64,000 bases of DNA from Acidobacteriota bacterium (GCA_965217775.1 CBDCJH010000002.1:1184001-1248000); one strand, 5' to 3'. Positions 9,801 to 19,469 are shown, counted from the stretch's first letter. Numbers and translations are program-made. The notes: a model not told the origin generated them from the sequence alone.

Positions 9801-10097
9801 CGCCGTGATTTCGTATCGGCCCGGGGGCAGACCGCTTCTCCGGTAGTTGCCGTTGGCGTTGGTCAGCAGCGGGAAGATCTCATTGGTGTCGACCCGATGG
9901 ATCTCCACCTCGACCCCGGGCGCCGCTTCGCCGCTCTCCTTGCGGACATGGCCCACGAGGGTCCCGGCGCCGATCTGGGCCAGCGGCTCGGCGGGACTCC
10001 AGAACAGGAAGACAGCCAGGAGGACCGAGATCCGGAGATGCCGTCCTTGCCGACGGGAGAACATCTTTTTACACGGGATACGGTGTGGGGACCACAT
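6882..10097 (-). CDS. TonB-dependent receptor, Oar-like, with carboxypeptidase-regulatory N-domain
   Basis: TKSGTNEFHG, DARNFF, YLQDTWK, LNLGLRYE, EAFNATN motifs and terminal QLALKFYF. Confidence 0.92.
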   Translation of the reverse strand: MWSPHRIPCKKMFSRRQGRHLRISVLLAVFLFWSPAEPLAQIGAGTLVGHVRKESGEAAPGVEVEIHRVDTNEIFPLLTNANGNYRRSGLPPGRYEITASLPGHGTQVRTHIALLVEQIREENFHLFPGDPGTRHSTRSDTVLAGTGREDRGQLIDQEKLESMPVNTRDLGQLVSLAAGAAPSHESRGRSVKVLGMRRKDNLTFIDGTLFTHGDGTPSFHASTDALREFDVKTGLYSAEYGIRPGGQIVAVTKSGTNEFHGGWFWFHRNDNLDARNFFEQRKAEFKRNQLGATLGGPLYLPGLLNGRDRAWFFISYQMRSIRETKPLTGVVPTPEQKAGQFAAPIRDPLTGDFFPENRIPPQRLDPVSLKLLRFWPAPNTPSALNYTSPDSHSPLDNPQVIARIDLRQSEVSRWAGRFVWDSTDWTSTQPISAFSTRHPLATLGQSLSYTRSLSPRAQSTASLHWFRRPYDSVVSPRAVQLDLGIPELLLSEVDRVGVPIVQIQGYTRIGDYSFLGPSSLGNWQGKKDLTLVEGDHALKTGIHFRRHYNLYVTSRRSRFNFFDRYTGNGFADFLLGYLSQSRLGGEGSRGRFHQDSYYLYLQDTWKAGPRLTLNLGLRYELRLPWRDKRGFMSNLDPATGQTVPTLLDLDLKPWETGRFQPNYPLIRWNPLDGILPRLGMSLRLAEKTVLRTGYGLHANEPDLNMVLRLSRNPRPGAERLIFNSPLETPSLRLVDPFPDEGRGAAIPDHYGFQTPLPLPRTHSWGLSLQHEFTPHWLLDTGYHGSRSTDLLETVSWNDAAPGTGDRQLRRPWPHLQAVHFPFANADSWYQGMHFQVEKAAGNDGLYLLASLSWSRLIQTGGGTTGYTSRRIYRSRNLPLEATRGVADFHIPVRLMLSGGFDLPFGPNRPLLQSGLASRLLGGWSIRAISNFQEGGWRTVSLPGDPLDTGSEASQWPDRIRDANLPLHERTPARWFDTTAFALPQPFQYGNSGRGVVEAPGLFNLDISLRRTFRLAETQRLEARVEAFNATNRPNFVVNARQQTLLYGTAGFGVLARTLAARQIQLALKFYF

Positions 10098-10221
10098 TGG
10101 GGGAATTATCCATCGGCCGCGGCATTTGCCCGGCCCGGCGCGCCACGGGACGACAGCGCTCGAAAACCGGGGGTCAGTCTACCACGCAGGGGGTGCCGTC
10201 TCGGCTCGGAACGGTCACTGT

Positions 10222-11595
10222 TCAAACAAAAAGATGATCCAGGATGAGATCGCGGACACCCGCGGCGGGAATCTCGCCTCGGGGCACGAGACCCGGTTCC
10301 GTACTCAGGAACACGGGGCCCAGGTCGGGGTCCTCCGCCGGTCTTCCGTGGGAACCCTTGACCAGATCGGCGTCCAAGGGAACGACGTCCATGAGATATC
10401 GGAATCCCAGCACCTTCTGCATCAGGCGCAGGCCCACACGCAGGGCCGGAATCCGGATCGCCGGATCCACGAAAAGTTCGGCGGGATCGTATCCCGGCTT
10501 CCGGTGGATGTCCACGGTGCGGGCGAAATCGGGAGCCACCGAGTCGTCCAGCCAATAGTAATAGGAGAACCACTTGTCAGCCCGGCTGACGGCGACCAGA
10601 TCCCCTGAACGGGGATGATCGAGTCCCAGCTCCCGCTGATCCCGGCGGTCCAGGACCCGCTCGATGCCCGGAATCTTTTCCAACAGCGTTCGGACTTGCG
10701 ACCGGTGGGACGGGTCCCGGACATAGACGTGGGCGATCTGGTGATCCGAGACGGCGAAGGCGGGACTGGCGCCCGGGTCCAGGATCTCCAGGCCCAGCTC
10801 CGGCCGGACTCGAATCCAGCCGGCCTCCCGCAAGGCCCGGTTGATGTGGATGGCGCCGTTCACCGCGGTGATCCCATACTCGGAGAGCACGATGACCCGA
10901 GTGTCCCGTTTGCGGAAGTAGTCCAGCAATTGGCCGCATACGGTGTCGATCTCCCGGATGTCCCGCCCGATTTCAGGATGTCCGGGACCCAGCCGTTGCA
11001 GGTTGTAGTCCAAGTGCGGCAGGTAGATGAGGGTCAGGGTCGGCCGGTGCCAATCCCAGATGCGCCGCCCCGCCCGGGCGATCCATTGGCTGGAGGCGAT
11101 GCCGGCGCGGGGACCCCAGAAGTCGAAGAAGGGAAAGGGTCCGATATCCAGCTCCAGGCGCTCGGCCAGGCCGGCGGGGTGGGAGTAGATGGCCGGGATT
11201 TTCCGGCCGTCGGCCGGATACATGGGACGCGGCGTCACGCTCAGGTCGGCGCTGCTGTACATGTTGTGCCACCAGAAGAGCTTGGCGCAGGTGACCCGGG
11301 GGTCGCGCCGGCGGGCGGTTTCCCAGACGTTCTCTCCCGAGACCAGGTGGTTGGACTGCCGCCAGAACCAGATCTGGGCCAGATCGCGAAAGTACCAGCC
11401 GTTTCCCACGACGCCGTGGCCGGAGGGGGGCAGTCCGGTCAGGAAGGTGCTCTGGACGGTGGAGGTGACGGCCGGAGTCACCGTGCGCAGGGGCCGGACT
11501 GCCCCGCTGTCCGCCAGGGCGTTCAAGTTTGGGGTGTCGGGACCCAGGAGGGCAGGGGTGAGACCGACGACGTTGATGACCGCGGTGTGGTGCAC
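10222..11595 (-). CDS. eboF: Alkaline phosphatase superfamily nucleotide pyrophosphatase (EboF-like)
   Basis: PAVTSTVQSTFLTG, YLPHLDY, DIHRKPGYDP, LVKGSHG; adjacent to eboA/eboB. Confidence 0.85.
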   Translation of the reverse strand: MHHTAVINVVGLTPALLGPDTPNLNALADSGAVRPLRTVTPAVTSTVQSTFLTGLPPSGHGVVGNGWYFRDLAQIWFWRQSNHLVSGENVWETARRRDPRVTCAKLFWWHNMYSSADLSVTPRPMYPADGRKIPAIYSHPAGLAERLELDIGPFPFFDFWGPRAGIASSQWIARAGRRIWDWHRPTLTLIYLPHLDYNLQRLGPGHPEIGRDIREIDTVCGQLLDYFRKRDTRVIVLSEYGITAVNGAIHINRALREAGWIRVRPELGLEILDPGASPAFAVSDHQIAHVYVRDPSHRSQVRTLLEKIPGIERVLDRRDQRELGLDHPRSGDLVAVSRADKWFSYYYWLDDSVAPDFARTVDIHRKPGYDPAELFVDPAIRIPALRVGLRLMQKVLGFRYLMDVVPLDADLVKGSHGRPAEDPDLGPVFLSTEPGLVPRGEIPAAGVRDLILDHLFV

Positions 11596-11601
11596 GGGGA
11601 G

Positions 11602-12489
11602 CTAGGATTCGACGACCGGGTTCTGGCCGCCGCGCAGGACGGTGCTTCCTCCGTAGAACTCGGTCTGGTCGATGCTGGGGCGCGCGTCGATGCCGGCCAG
11701 GTCGAGACGCTGACTCTGGGAGAAGAAGTGGGCGGGGTTGTCCCAGACGATGGTGCGGATGGTCTGGAGTGTGATCCCGCTCTCCAGCATCAGGTCGGTG
11801 GTCTTGGGGACCTTCAGGGGATCGCTGATGCCCCAGTCCGCGGCGCTGTTGATGAGGATCCGCTCGCTTCCGTATTCCTTCACCAGCTTCACCATCCGGA
11901 CCTCGTCCATTTTGGTGTGGGGGTAGATGGTGTGGCCGGCCCAGCATCCGGTGTCCAGGACCAGGGGAAGGGTCTCCTCCGTGTTGTGATCGATGAGAGC
12001 CCTTTCCTCCGGGAAGCCGACGCTGCGGATCAGATCCAACGAGCGGATGGTGCCCCGCTTCTTGTCCCGGTGAGGCGTATGCACCAGCACGGGCAGGTCC
12101 ATCTCCATGGCCAGTTCCAGTTGGCGGGCGAAAATGCGCTCTTCCGCGTCCGTCTGATCGTCGTAGCCGATCTCTCCCACTGCGACGACGCCGTCCTTCT
12201 GCAGGTAGCGGGGAAGCAGCGAGATCACTTCCTCAGCCAGCTTGGGGTTGTTGGCCTCCTTGGGGTTCAGGCCGATGGTGCAGAAATGGCGGATGCCGAA
12301 TTGGGAGGCCCGGAAACGCTCCCAGCCCAGCAGGCTGTTGAAGTAGTCGATGAACGATCCGACGTTGGTCCGGGGCTGCCCCAGCCAGAAGGAGGGCTCG
12401 ACGATGACCAGGATCCCGTTTTGGGCCATTGACGCGTAATCGTCGGTGGTCCGGGAGGTCATGTGAATGTGAGGATCGAAGATCTTCAT
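11602..12489 (-). CDS. eboB: TatD-family hydrolase (EboB)
   Basis: DPHIHMTSRTTDDY, GEIGYD, HTPHRDK, NSAADWG. Confidence 0.88.
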   Translation of the reverse strand: MKIFDPHIHMTSRTTDDYASMAQNGILVIVEPSFWLGQPRTNVGSFIDYFNSLLGWERFRASQFGIRHFCTIGLNPKEANNPKLAEEVISLLPRYLQKDGVVAVGEIGYDDQTDAEERIFARQLELAMEMDLPVLVHTPHRDKKRGTIRSLDLIRSVGFPEERALIDHNTEETLPLVLDTGCWAGHTIYPHTKMDEVRMVKLVKEYGSERILINSAADWGISDPLKVPKTTDLMLESGITLQTIRTIVWDNPAHFFSQSQRLDLAGIDARPSIDQTEFYGGSTVLRGGQNPVVES

Positions 12490-12498
12490 AGTTGAAAT

Positions 12499-13374
12499 TT
12501 ATTGGACCATCTTGGCCAACGAGGCGTCAATAGCGGCCAGGATGCGGTCCTCGGTTTCGATGTCCCGGCGCCGTTCCAGCTCCAGGCGGCTTCGTTCGTC
12601 GCGGACGTAACCCAGGGACCGGGCCGCCCAGTAGCGGTGACGGGAATTGCCCTGCTGTAGATAGGGATAGATGCGCCCCATTCGCTCGCGACTGATTCGG
12701 GGCGCCACCACCCACCAGATGTCGGGCGGCACGTCCCGTCCGGCGGCCTCCCGTTCGCTGGCGTAATCGTCGGCCATCCGGGAGAGTTCCGGATTGAAGC
12801 GGGACTCCAGTCCCAGGATGCGCTCAATTCGTATTCCATTGAACAGGCTCTTGAGCACCATCTGGTTGAAGTTCAGTTCCGGGAAGTGGGCCGCCGGGTA
12901 GGGGTTCTCGCAGGCGATGGCTTCCAGCAGAGGAACGATATTGGTCCGGCAGGCGTCGATGGCCGCGTCCAGAAAACGTCCGCGGCCGGGGAGTAGATTC
13001 AATCCCCGGAGCCAACTCTGCTGCTCCCGGCTGTCGCCTTGCCGATAGCACTCCAGAACTGCCTCGGAATATTCGTCGGTAGGTAGATGAGCGACCTTCA
13101 GCAGCAGGATGACACGGCCCAGTTCGTCCAGGCCCCAGTGATCGACGGGAAGGTCCGGGCGCAGGGAATTCCAGCGGCGGGTCTCACGCGGGTCCAGGGC
13201 CAGGGCCTTCTTTCCCAACCAAAAGGAGGCTCCCGCGTAGTTGCCCAACAGCCGGTTCAAATCGACGGGTTCTTCAGTGCTCCGGCACGCCGTCTCGAAC
13301 CAGCTCCGGCCGCGGCTGGAGGCGCGGGCCCTGAGAATCTCAGTCAGAAAATCGATCATGGCCTGTGGGTCCAA
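12499..13374 (-). CDS. eboA: EboA domain protein
   Basis: DACRTN...AIACENPYPA.HF...FNQMVLK.LF...ER.AAGR.VP.D signature. Confidence 0.85.
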   Translation of the reverse strand: MDPQAMIDFLTEILRARASSRGRSWFETACRSTEEPVDLNRLLGNYAGASFWLGKKALALDPRETRRWNSLRPDLPVDHWGLDELGRVILLLKVAHLPTDEYSEAVLECYRQGDSREQQSWLRGLNLLPGRGRFLDAAIDACRTNIVPLLEAIACENPYPAAHFPELNFNQMVLKSLFNGIRIERILGLESRFNPELSRMADDYASEREAAGRDVPPDIWWVVAPRISRERMGRIYPYLQQGNSRHRYWAARSLGYVRDERSRLELERRRDIETEDRILAAIDASLAKMVQ

Positions 13375-13614
13375 GAAACTTCCCGGCCAGCGCGCGCCCA
13401 GTGTAATCTTGCGAGAAAAGGGGTATCTGGAAGCGGCGGCACTTCAGTCACCGATTCCGTGCCGATATTGAAGAGGGGGACAAGCATGTCCCCCCTCCCA
13501 GGGTGCCCCCAGGTTTTCTCAGAAGGAATTGTAGTATTTGGCTCAGAAATCGGAAATATCCGGCGCCACCGGTCATTTGCTACTCGCTGAGGTCAGGCTG
13601 TTCCACGTATCCCA

Positions 13615-13756
13615 ACCCGGCATAGCCGGAACCAAAAATACTTCACCGCAGCGGCGCCTTACCAGGCGCCGACCCTTCGTCTGGCTCCGCTTTGGACCGA
13701 AGAGGGCGCCCACAAGGGGCACCCCTACCGAATATTCTTGGTCAAGTTGCACAAGA
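13615..13756. repeat. About 150-bp intergenic repeat containing a GTAG-type REP, copy 1
   Basis: Inverted similar copy at 44457-44607; core GGGCGCCCACAAGGGGCACCCCTAC at 13704-13728. Confidence 0.75.
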
Positions 13757-13766
13757 CGGACCTGAA

Positions 13767-13946
13767 TCAGGTAAAGAGCTTGGCGGCGATAGCGAGGGTG
13801 ATGGTGATGTTGATACCTAACATGACCTCCAGCCGCAGGAGCCGACGGTCCGGAGAGGCGACTTCCTGAGCGGCGGCTTTGGCCTTGGCTTCGCTGGCCC
13901 CGGCTTCGATCAAGGCATCGTAGGTGTCGGACAGCATGAGTGCCAT
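13767..13946 (-). CDS. 59-aa small membrane-anchored protein (DUF1640/CCDC90-like), absent from the ORF track
   Basis: AGGAAGGAG RBS; MALMLSDTYDALIEAGASEAKAKAAAQEVASPDRRLLRLEVMLGINITITLAIAAKLFT. Confidence 0.75.
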   Translation of the reverse strand: MALMLSDTYDALIEAGASEAKAKAAAQEVASPDRRLLRLEVMLGINITITLAIAAKLFT

Positions 13947-14145
13947 CAGCTTTTCTCCTTCCTGCAGGTAGCTGCCATGTCCAACAACGTAATGATACCA
14001 AACCAGTCTGCAAGTAGCCGATCACGGGGTTCCTGGCTCCGTTTCTCCGTTAGCTTCAACAGTGGTGAAGATCTCCCCACGGGTCCGGTGGATGACCATT
14101 TTTTTGTAGCGCCAAGAATACGGCGACGAACCACGGTCCCATTTC

Positions 14146-16029
14146 TTGCCATGTGTTTACCGCCTGTTGCATCATGCTCAGACTGTGCTGGCGCGTCGAG
14201 GCTTCCTCAGGCTCGGGTTTTTGCTGGTGGGACTTCTCCTGCTTCTCTCCGCTGAGGGGCGGAGTGAGGAGTTCCGGCGCCTCGACCAGGAGCAGATTCC
14301 CCCCGAATTTGCCACGCTGGAAGAGTGGATGGCGAGGGCGCACGAACTCCGGACCCGGATCATGGTCAGTGCGGGTCTGGAACCGCTGCCCGCCAGGATG
14401 CCTTTGGATCCAAGGCTTTCCGCGCCTGTGACGCGGGACGGCTATACGGTCCAGAACGTCAGCCTGGAAACGCTCCCCGGGTTCTACCTGACCGGGAACC
14501 TCTACCGTCCCCTGGGAATCGATCCCCCCTATCCGGCCGTTCTCTGTCCTCATGGCCATTGGAAGAACGGACGGCTCGAGAACGGCGAGCGGTCCTCGGT
14601 CCCCGGCCGCTCAATCAATCTGGCCCGGCGCGGCGCCGTGGTGTTCACCTACTCCATGATCGGTTACGAGGAGAACAAGGACCTCATCCCCCATCGGTTC
14701 GACGAGCCCCGCTACCAGCTCTGGGGTTTCGGTCCGCTGGGCCTTCAGCTCTGGAACAGCCTCCGGGCCTTGGACTTTCTCATCTCCAGGACCGACGTGG
14801 ACCCCGGCCGGATCGGAATGACCGGAGCCTCGGGCGGCGGCACCCAGACTTTCCTGCTGATGGCGGTGGATCCCAGAATCGCGGTGGCGGCGCCGGTGAA
14901 CATGATCTCGGCCCACTACCAGGGGGGATGCATCTGCGAGAACGCTCCCCTCTTGCGCCTGGATTCCATCAATACGGAGATCGGGGCCATGATGGCGCCC
15001 CGGCCGTTGATGCTGGTCTCCACCAGCGGCGATTGGACCTCCAAGACTCCGGACGTGGAGTTTCCGGCCATCCGCTCCGTCTACCGCCTCTTCGGCGCGG
15101 AGGAACGGGTCGCCAATGCCCATTTCGACTACCCGCACAACTACAACCGGGACAGCCGGGAGGCGGTCTATGGATGGTTCGGGAAATGGCTGTGGGGTCA
15201 GGAACGGCCAGATGAAGAGCCGTTCCAGGTGGAGCCGACGGATGCACTGAAAGCCGTCCTTCCGGCGCCGCCGCTGCCTTTGGAAGAGCTCTTCTCCAAC
15301 TTCGCCGCCCGGGCCCGGGGACAGATCGAGATTCATAAACCGCGAGACTGGGAAGGAATCTTTCGCTACCGGGAGGTCTTTGGCCCCGTCTTGCGGCATT
15401 CCCTTGCGGTGCCTCCGTCACCAGGCTCCGTCGAGATGGAGATGCTGCTGCCCGATCCCCATCACCGCGCCGGCCAGTCCGTGCTCGTGGTGCATCCGCG
15501 AGAGCAAGAGGAACGGGCCCGGGCATTGGCGCGCCGATACCGGGATGAGGGACGCTTGGCGTTCCGGATCAGCCCCTATCCCCAGGTCGAGTCGCTGACT
15601 CCTCCCGAAGACGTCAATCACTGGACGACCTACAACCCGACTCCGGCGTCGCGGCGGATTGACCAGGTCCGGCGGGCCTGCCGCGAGATCCTGGACCGGG
15701 GAGACGTGACCGGACTGGACTTGGTGGGGCTGGGAGAGGCGGGGGCGTGGGCCCTGCTCGGCGCCGTCACGGGTCCCTCTGTCGGGAGCGTCACGGTCGA
15801 ATTGAAAGAGTTTTCGGTCGACACGGATCAGGCCTTTCTGGAACGCCTCAACGTGCCCCTGCTGCGGCGGGCTGGAGACCTGAGGACGGCGGCAGTTCTA
15901 TTGGCCCCCGGGCAACTGACGCTCCACGAGCTCGACGAGGGCCCACTGAAGCTCTGGTTCCAGGAGGTCTACGGGGTGGCCGGCGCGGCCGGCATGCTCG
16001 AGTTCCGGAGCGCACCCATCGGCGAGTAG
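14146..16029 (+). CDS. Secreted alpha/beta hydrolase (acetyl xylan esterase-like); start uncertain
   Basis: LCPHGHW, GASGGG nucleophile elbow, QGGCICEN, HNYN. Confidence 0.85.
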   Translation: MPCVYRLLHHAQTVLARRGFLRLGFLLVGLLLLLSAEGRSEEFRRLDQEQIPPEFATLEEWMARAHELRTRIMVSAGLEPLPARMPLDPRLSAPVTRDGYTVQNVSLETLPGFYLTGNLYRPLGIDPPYPAVLCPHGHWKNGRLENGERSSVPGRSINLARRGAVVFTYSMIGYEENKDLIPHRFDEPRYQLWGFGPLGLQLWNSLRALDFLISRTDVDPGRIGMTGASGGGTQTFLLMAVDPRIAVAAPVNMISAHYQGGCICENAPLLRLDSINTEIGAMMAPRPLMLVSTSGDWTSKTPDVEFPAIRSVYRLFGAEERVANAHFDYPHNYNRDSREAVYGWFGKWLWGQERPDEEPFQVEPTDALKAVLPAPPLPLEELFSNFAARARGQIEIHKPRDWEGIFRYREVFGPVLRHSLAVPPSPGSVEMEMLLPDPHHRAGQSVLVVHPREQEERARALARRYRDEGRLAFRISPYPQVESLTPPEDVNHWTTYNPTPASRRIDQVRRACREILDRGDVTGLDLVGLGEAGAWALLGAVTGPSVGSVTVELKEFSVDTDQAFLERLNVPLLRRAGDLRTAAVLLAPGQLTLHELDEGPLKLWFQEVYGVAGAAGMLEFRSAPIGE

Positions 16030-16085
16030 CGGGTCGGGACCCGATTTTTTCCTGATTCGGCGGTTGAAGAAAATCAAGGAGAGCC

Positions 16086-17435
16086 ATGACCGACCCATCT
16101 CATGCGGAACAGACGCAAACAGCGCCCCGGGGATTCCGGCCCGTCCTGCGAAAGCTGGGTCCCGGGCTCATCATCTCCGGGTCCATCGTGGGTTCGGGAG
16201 AGCTCATCGCCACCACCACCCTCGGCGCCGAGGTCGGCTTCGTCGCCCTCTGGCTCATCATCCTGAGCTGCGGCATCAAGGTCGTGGTCCAGGAGGAGCT
16301 GGGACGGTACGTGGTGTCCTCCGGAGAGACCGCCCTGCAGGGGCTGAACCGGGTCCCGGGACCCCGGTGGCGGGTATCGTGGGTGGTCTGGTGCTGGTGG
16401 ATCATGACCCTGGGAGTCGTCGTCCAGGGGGGCGGCATCGTCGGGGGGGTCGGTCAGGTCTTCCACCTCTTTCTGCCTCAGATCAGCGGGACCGCATGGG
16501 CCATGGTCGCCGCGGTCACGGTGATGGCGCTTCTGTTCCGGGGGCACTACGGCAGGGTGGAGAAGATCTGTGTGGGGATGGTGGTCAGCTTCACCTTCGT
16601 GACCATCGCCTGCGCCGTCCTGCTGGGGTGGACCCCTTTCTCCCCCACTGCTGAAGATTTCCTCTCCGGCCTGCGGTTTGGCCTTCCCGAGGGAGGGATC
16701 GCCGTTGCTTTCGCCGCCTTCGGAATCACCGGAGTGGGGGCGACGGAGTTGATCATGTATCCCTACTGGTGCCTGGAGAAAGGCTACTCGCGCTTCGTGG
16801 GCCCCCGGGAAGAGGGCGCCGCTTGGGAAGGACGGGCGCGAGGCTGGATACGGGTCATGCAGGCGGATGTGCTCATGGCCATGGTGGTCTACACAACGGC
16901 TACGGTGGCCTTCTACATTCTGGGTGCGGCGGTCCTTCACGGGATGGGGACGGTCCCGGCCGGCTACGGAATGGTCTCCACCCTGTCGAACATGTACACC
17001 TCCACCCTGGGACAGGGGGCCTTCTACCTCTTTCTGGTGGGGGCCTTCTTCGTGCTCTACTCGACTCTCTTCGCCGGCGTCGCCAGCAGTTCCCGGGTCA
17101 TCACGGACTTCCTGCATTTGGTGGGAGTGGTCCGGATCGAGGGCGAGAGCCAGCTCCTGTTCTGGAGGCGGGTGGTGATCGTGGTGGTCCCGACGCTCTA
17201 CGTCGTACTCTACGCATGGGTGGCGCAGCCGGTCTTCATGGTCATCATCGGCGGGATCTTCCAGGCGTGCATGCTCCCCGTCATCAGTTTCTCGGCCATC
17301 TACCTCCGCTATCGCCACACCGACCGGGCGATCCGGCCGAATCTCGCGGTCGACGTGCTGCTCTGGGCCTGCTCCACCGTCATGCTCCTCTTTGCCGTCT
17401 ACTACGTGGCCAAGAGGCTCGGGTTCGGCGCCTGA
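16086..17435 (+). CDS. Nramp-family (divalent metal/APC) transporter
   Basis: LGPGLIISGSIVGSGELI, FGITGVGATEL..YPYW; about 11 TM segments. Confidence 0.88.
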   Translation: MTDPSHAEQTQTAPRGFRPVLRKLGPGLIISGSIVGSGELIATTTLGAEVGFVALWLIILSCGIKVVVQEELGRYVVSSGETALQGLNRVPGPRWRVSWVVWCWWIMTLGVVVQGGGIVGGVGQVFHLFLPQISGTAWAMVAAVTVMALLFRGHYGRVEKICVGMVVSFTFVTIACAVLLGWTPFSPTAEDFLSGLRFGLPEGGIAVAFAAFGITGVGATELIMYPYWCLEKGYSRFVGPREEGAAWEGRARGWIRVMQADVLMAMVVYTTATVAFYILGAAVLHGMGTVPAGYGMVSTLSNMYTSTLGQGAFYLFLVGAFFVLYSTLFAGVASSSRVITDFLHLVGVVRIEGESQLLFWRRVVIVVVPTLYVVLYAWVAQPVFMVIIGGIFQACMLPVISFSAIYLRYRHTDRAIRPNLAVDVLLWACSTVMLLFAVYYVAKRLGFGA

Positions 17436-17457
17436 CGGTCCGTCACATGGGTTGTCC

Positions 17458-17612
17458 CTACGGCACCGGTTTCCTGAAGATGACGATGTGCTGGTGGGGC
17501 AGGAGGTCCAGCGTCTCGACCCTGACCAGGGGATGCGCTGAGATCTGGCGCCAGACCTGATCCTGGTTCATCTTGTGCAGCCGGACGATGGGAACCGCCG
17601 GATCTTCCGCCC
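17458..17612 (-). pseudogene. Displaced 3' end of SAM methyltransferase (variant A, ...IFRKPVP)
   Basis: Homologous to the C-terminus of 27509-28231; cut next to the GGGGACAG motif at 17624. Confidence 0.85.
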
Positions 17613-17928
17613 TGCGGGAAAAAGGGGACAGTCTATTTTTCCGATTCCCGGAACGGGAACGGGTCCAACACATTGAGCTAGCCGCGAAGCGAATCTAGGG
17701 CATTCCCGAGTTCCGTTTCTACGCGATTGCGGATGGGATCAAGCAGCTCTTGCATGGCCGAGCCGCCGGGATTGGACCGCGTCGTCGCGATCCTCGTTCA
17801 AACCTGCTTCCCCTGTTCTCCTGAACCGTCAGAAAAATGAGAAAAGTCCAGAGTCTATTGGGTGGTTCCCGTGATTTGGGTCGTTCGGTGCCGCAGGGGC
17901 AGAATCGACGGTCGGCGATCAGGCGAGT

Positions 17929-18864
17929 CTACGTGACGAAGGCGTGCGAGCGCTGCTCCCGCAAGGAAAACAGCAATCCGCCCATTTGGGGGATGGGGTG
18001 TCGGCGACGACGGTATCGACCTTGCCGCCGATATGTTTCCAGTAGCTGCGCCACCTTCTCTGCCGGCCCGACGGCCAATCCATCCGTCAGAAATCGAAAA
18101 CGCCGGCGAAAAGCTCCGGCACGGGTGAATCCACGTCGCTGGTCCTGATGGAGGATCCACCGGGGGATCGCGGCCTGGTTGTCCCGGGTGGGGACGGCTC
18201 CTCGATAGTGCAAGCGAGCCCGGTAACTGCTGTACACGTCCGTTCCGGGATCCGAGGGGAATAGTTCCTCCAGTGGAATCAGATCTTGATCCTCGCCGGT
18301 GAGCCTCCAGCGGGCCGAACCCCACTTCCACTGCTCGGGTCGTTTGACCAGTCCGGCTCGGATGGCATTGAGTTCCACGTAGAGGATGGCGTCCTGGACG
18401 GCTTCGCTTCCCAAGAGTTCCGGGTTCTTGAAACGATCACTCCAAAAATGGCCTCGCCGTGCAAACTTCAGGTTGAACTACCGAGCATATAGCCCGTTCA
18501 AGTTCTGCATCAGTTTCGACACGTCAAATAGACGCTGGTTGAAAGCCTCCCATTGGGCGGCGGTCCAACCGGCGGTCTTCTCCTCTGCCTGTCGTCCATA
18601 AAGTTTGTCGGCGCTCTCCATCAACTCCTCGCGGGACAAGGGCCGAGGTTTCTCAAAATGGACGATAAAGTGGAAATGATTGCCCATGATCTGGAAAGCG
18701 GCCAAACGACACCGGTAGGCATTGACGTAGAACAACATCATGTCCAGGAATTTGTGCCGGGCTTGGCGGTCTTCAAAGGGGAACCAATCGGGCCGGCCGG
18801 CGACTCGATTGGTGAGGTAATAGAAGGCGGCTTCTGTGCTTTTGTGTCGTGCGGTTCGGGCCAT
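17929..18864 (-). pseudogene. HUH/Y1 (RAYT-like) transposase copy 1, inactivated by an in-frame amber codon
   Basis: 936 nt, colinear with copies 2 and 3; TAG at 18478-18480 where the paralogs have TGG (YAR-W). Confidence 0.9.
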
Positions 18865-18981
18865 GGCCACGGTCCTCAGTGAATCGAATCGGACTCGGTC
18901 TCGGAGGGGAGTCGGTGCGTACCCCTGATGACAACAACGATTCAAAACTGAGAAAGGCGAAAAACGAACGTCCCAAAAAAC

Positions 18982-19038
18982 AGACTGTCCCCTTCCCGCA
19001 CGCACGTCCCCTTCTCACGCACGTCCCCTTCTCGCACG
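18982..19038 (-). repeat. End motif of RAYT copy 1 with tandem GAAGGGGACGTGCG units
   Basis: Minus strand: GAAGGGGAC-GTGCGTGA-GAAGGGGAC-GTGCGTGCGG-GAAGGGGAC-AGTCT. Confidence 0.8.
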
Positions 19039-19119
19039 AAGGAGGGCACCCATGACGGTCCGTGACAAGAGTCGCCGCGGATTTGGACGAGCGTTGGTTC
19101 GCGGCCGACGGCAAGGGAT

Positions 19120-19143
19120 GGCGACCACAAGGGTCGCCCCTGC
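19120..19143. repeat. GTAG-type REP palindrome
   Basis: GGCGACCACAAGGGTCGCCCCTGC; related copy at 27475-27498. Confidence 0.65.
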
Positions 19144-19152
19144 GGGGGTTGT

Positions 19153-19423
19153 CTACCCGGTCGGCTTCTGGAAGATGACGATGTGCTGCCGGGGCAGGAG
19201 GTCGAGCGTCTCCACCCAGACCAGCGGATGCGCTGAGATCTCGCGCCGGACCTGGTCCAGGCTCATCTTGTGGAGCCGGAGGATGGGAACCGTCGGGTCC
19301 TCGGCCCGGTACTCCACCAGGACCAGGCGCCCACCCGGCTTCAGCGCCCGGTGAATTCCCCGGATCATCTCCCAGGGATGAGAGAGTTCGTGGTAGACAT
19401 CCACCAGGAGGGCGAGGTCCACG
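19153..19423 (-). pseudogene. Displaced 3' end of SAM methyltransferase (variant B, ...IFQKPTG)
   Basis: Slightly diverged copy of 27509-27779; ends exactly at the CG that begins the junction motif. Confidence 0.88.
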
Positions 19424-19469
19424 AAAAAAAGGGACCAAAAAAAGGGACAGTCTATTTTTCTCGTTCTTC
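19422..19469 (+). repeat. Approximately 48-bp left-end direct repeat (also 22428-22477, 23620-23667, 25938-25985)
   Basis: CGAAAAAAAGGGAC-C(G/A)AAAAAAAGGGAC-AGTCTATTTTTC(T/A)CGTT(T)CTTC seen four times. Confidence 0.9.

Noticed and set aside
10168-10184. GGGGTCAGTCT as another RAYT junction motif
   Set aside because: No A-rich stem, stutter or breakpoint; equally explained as a minus-strand TGnTAGACT promoter element for the TonB receptor.
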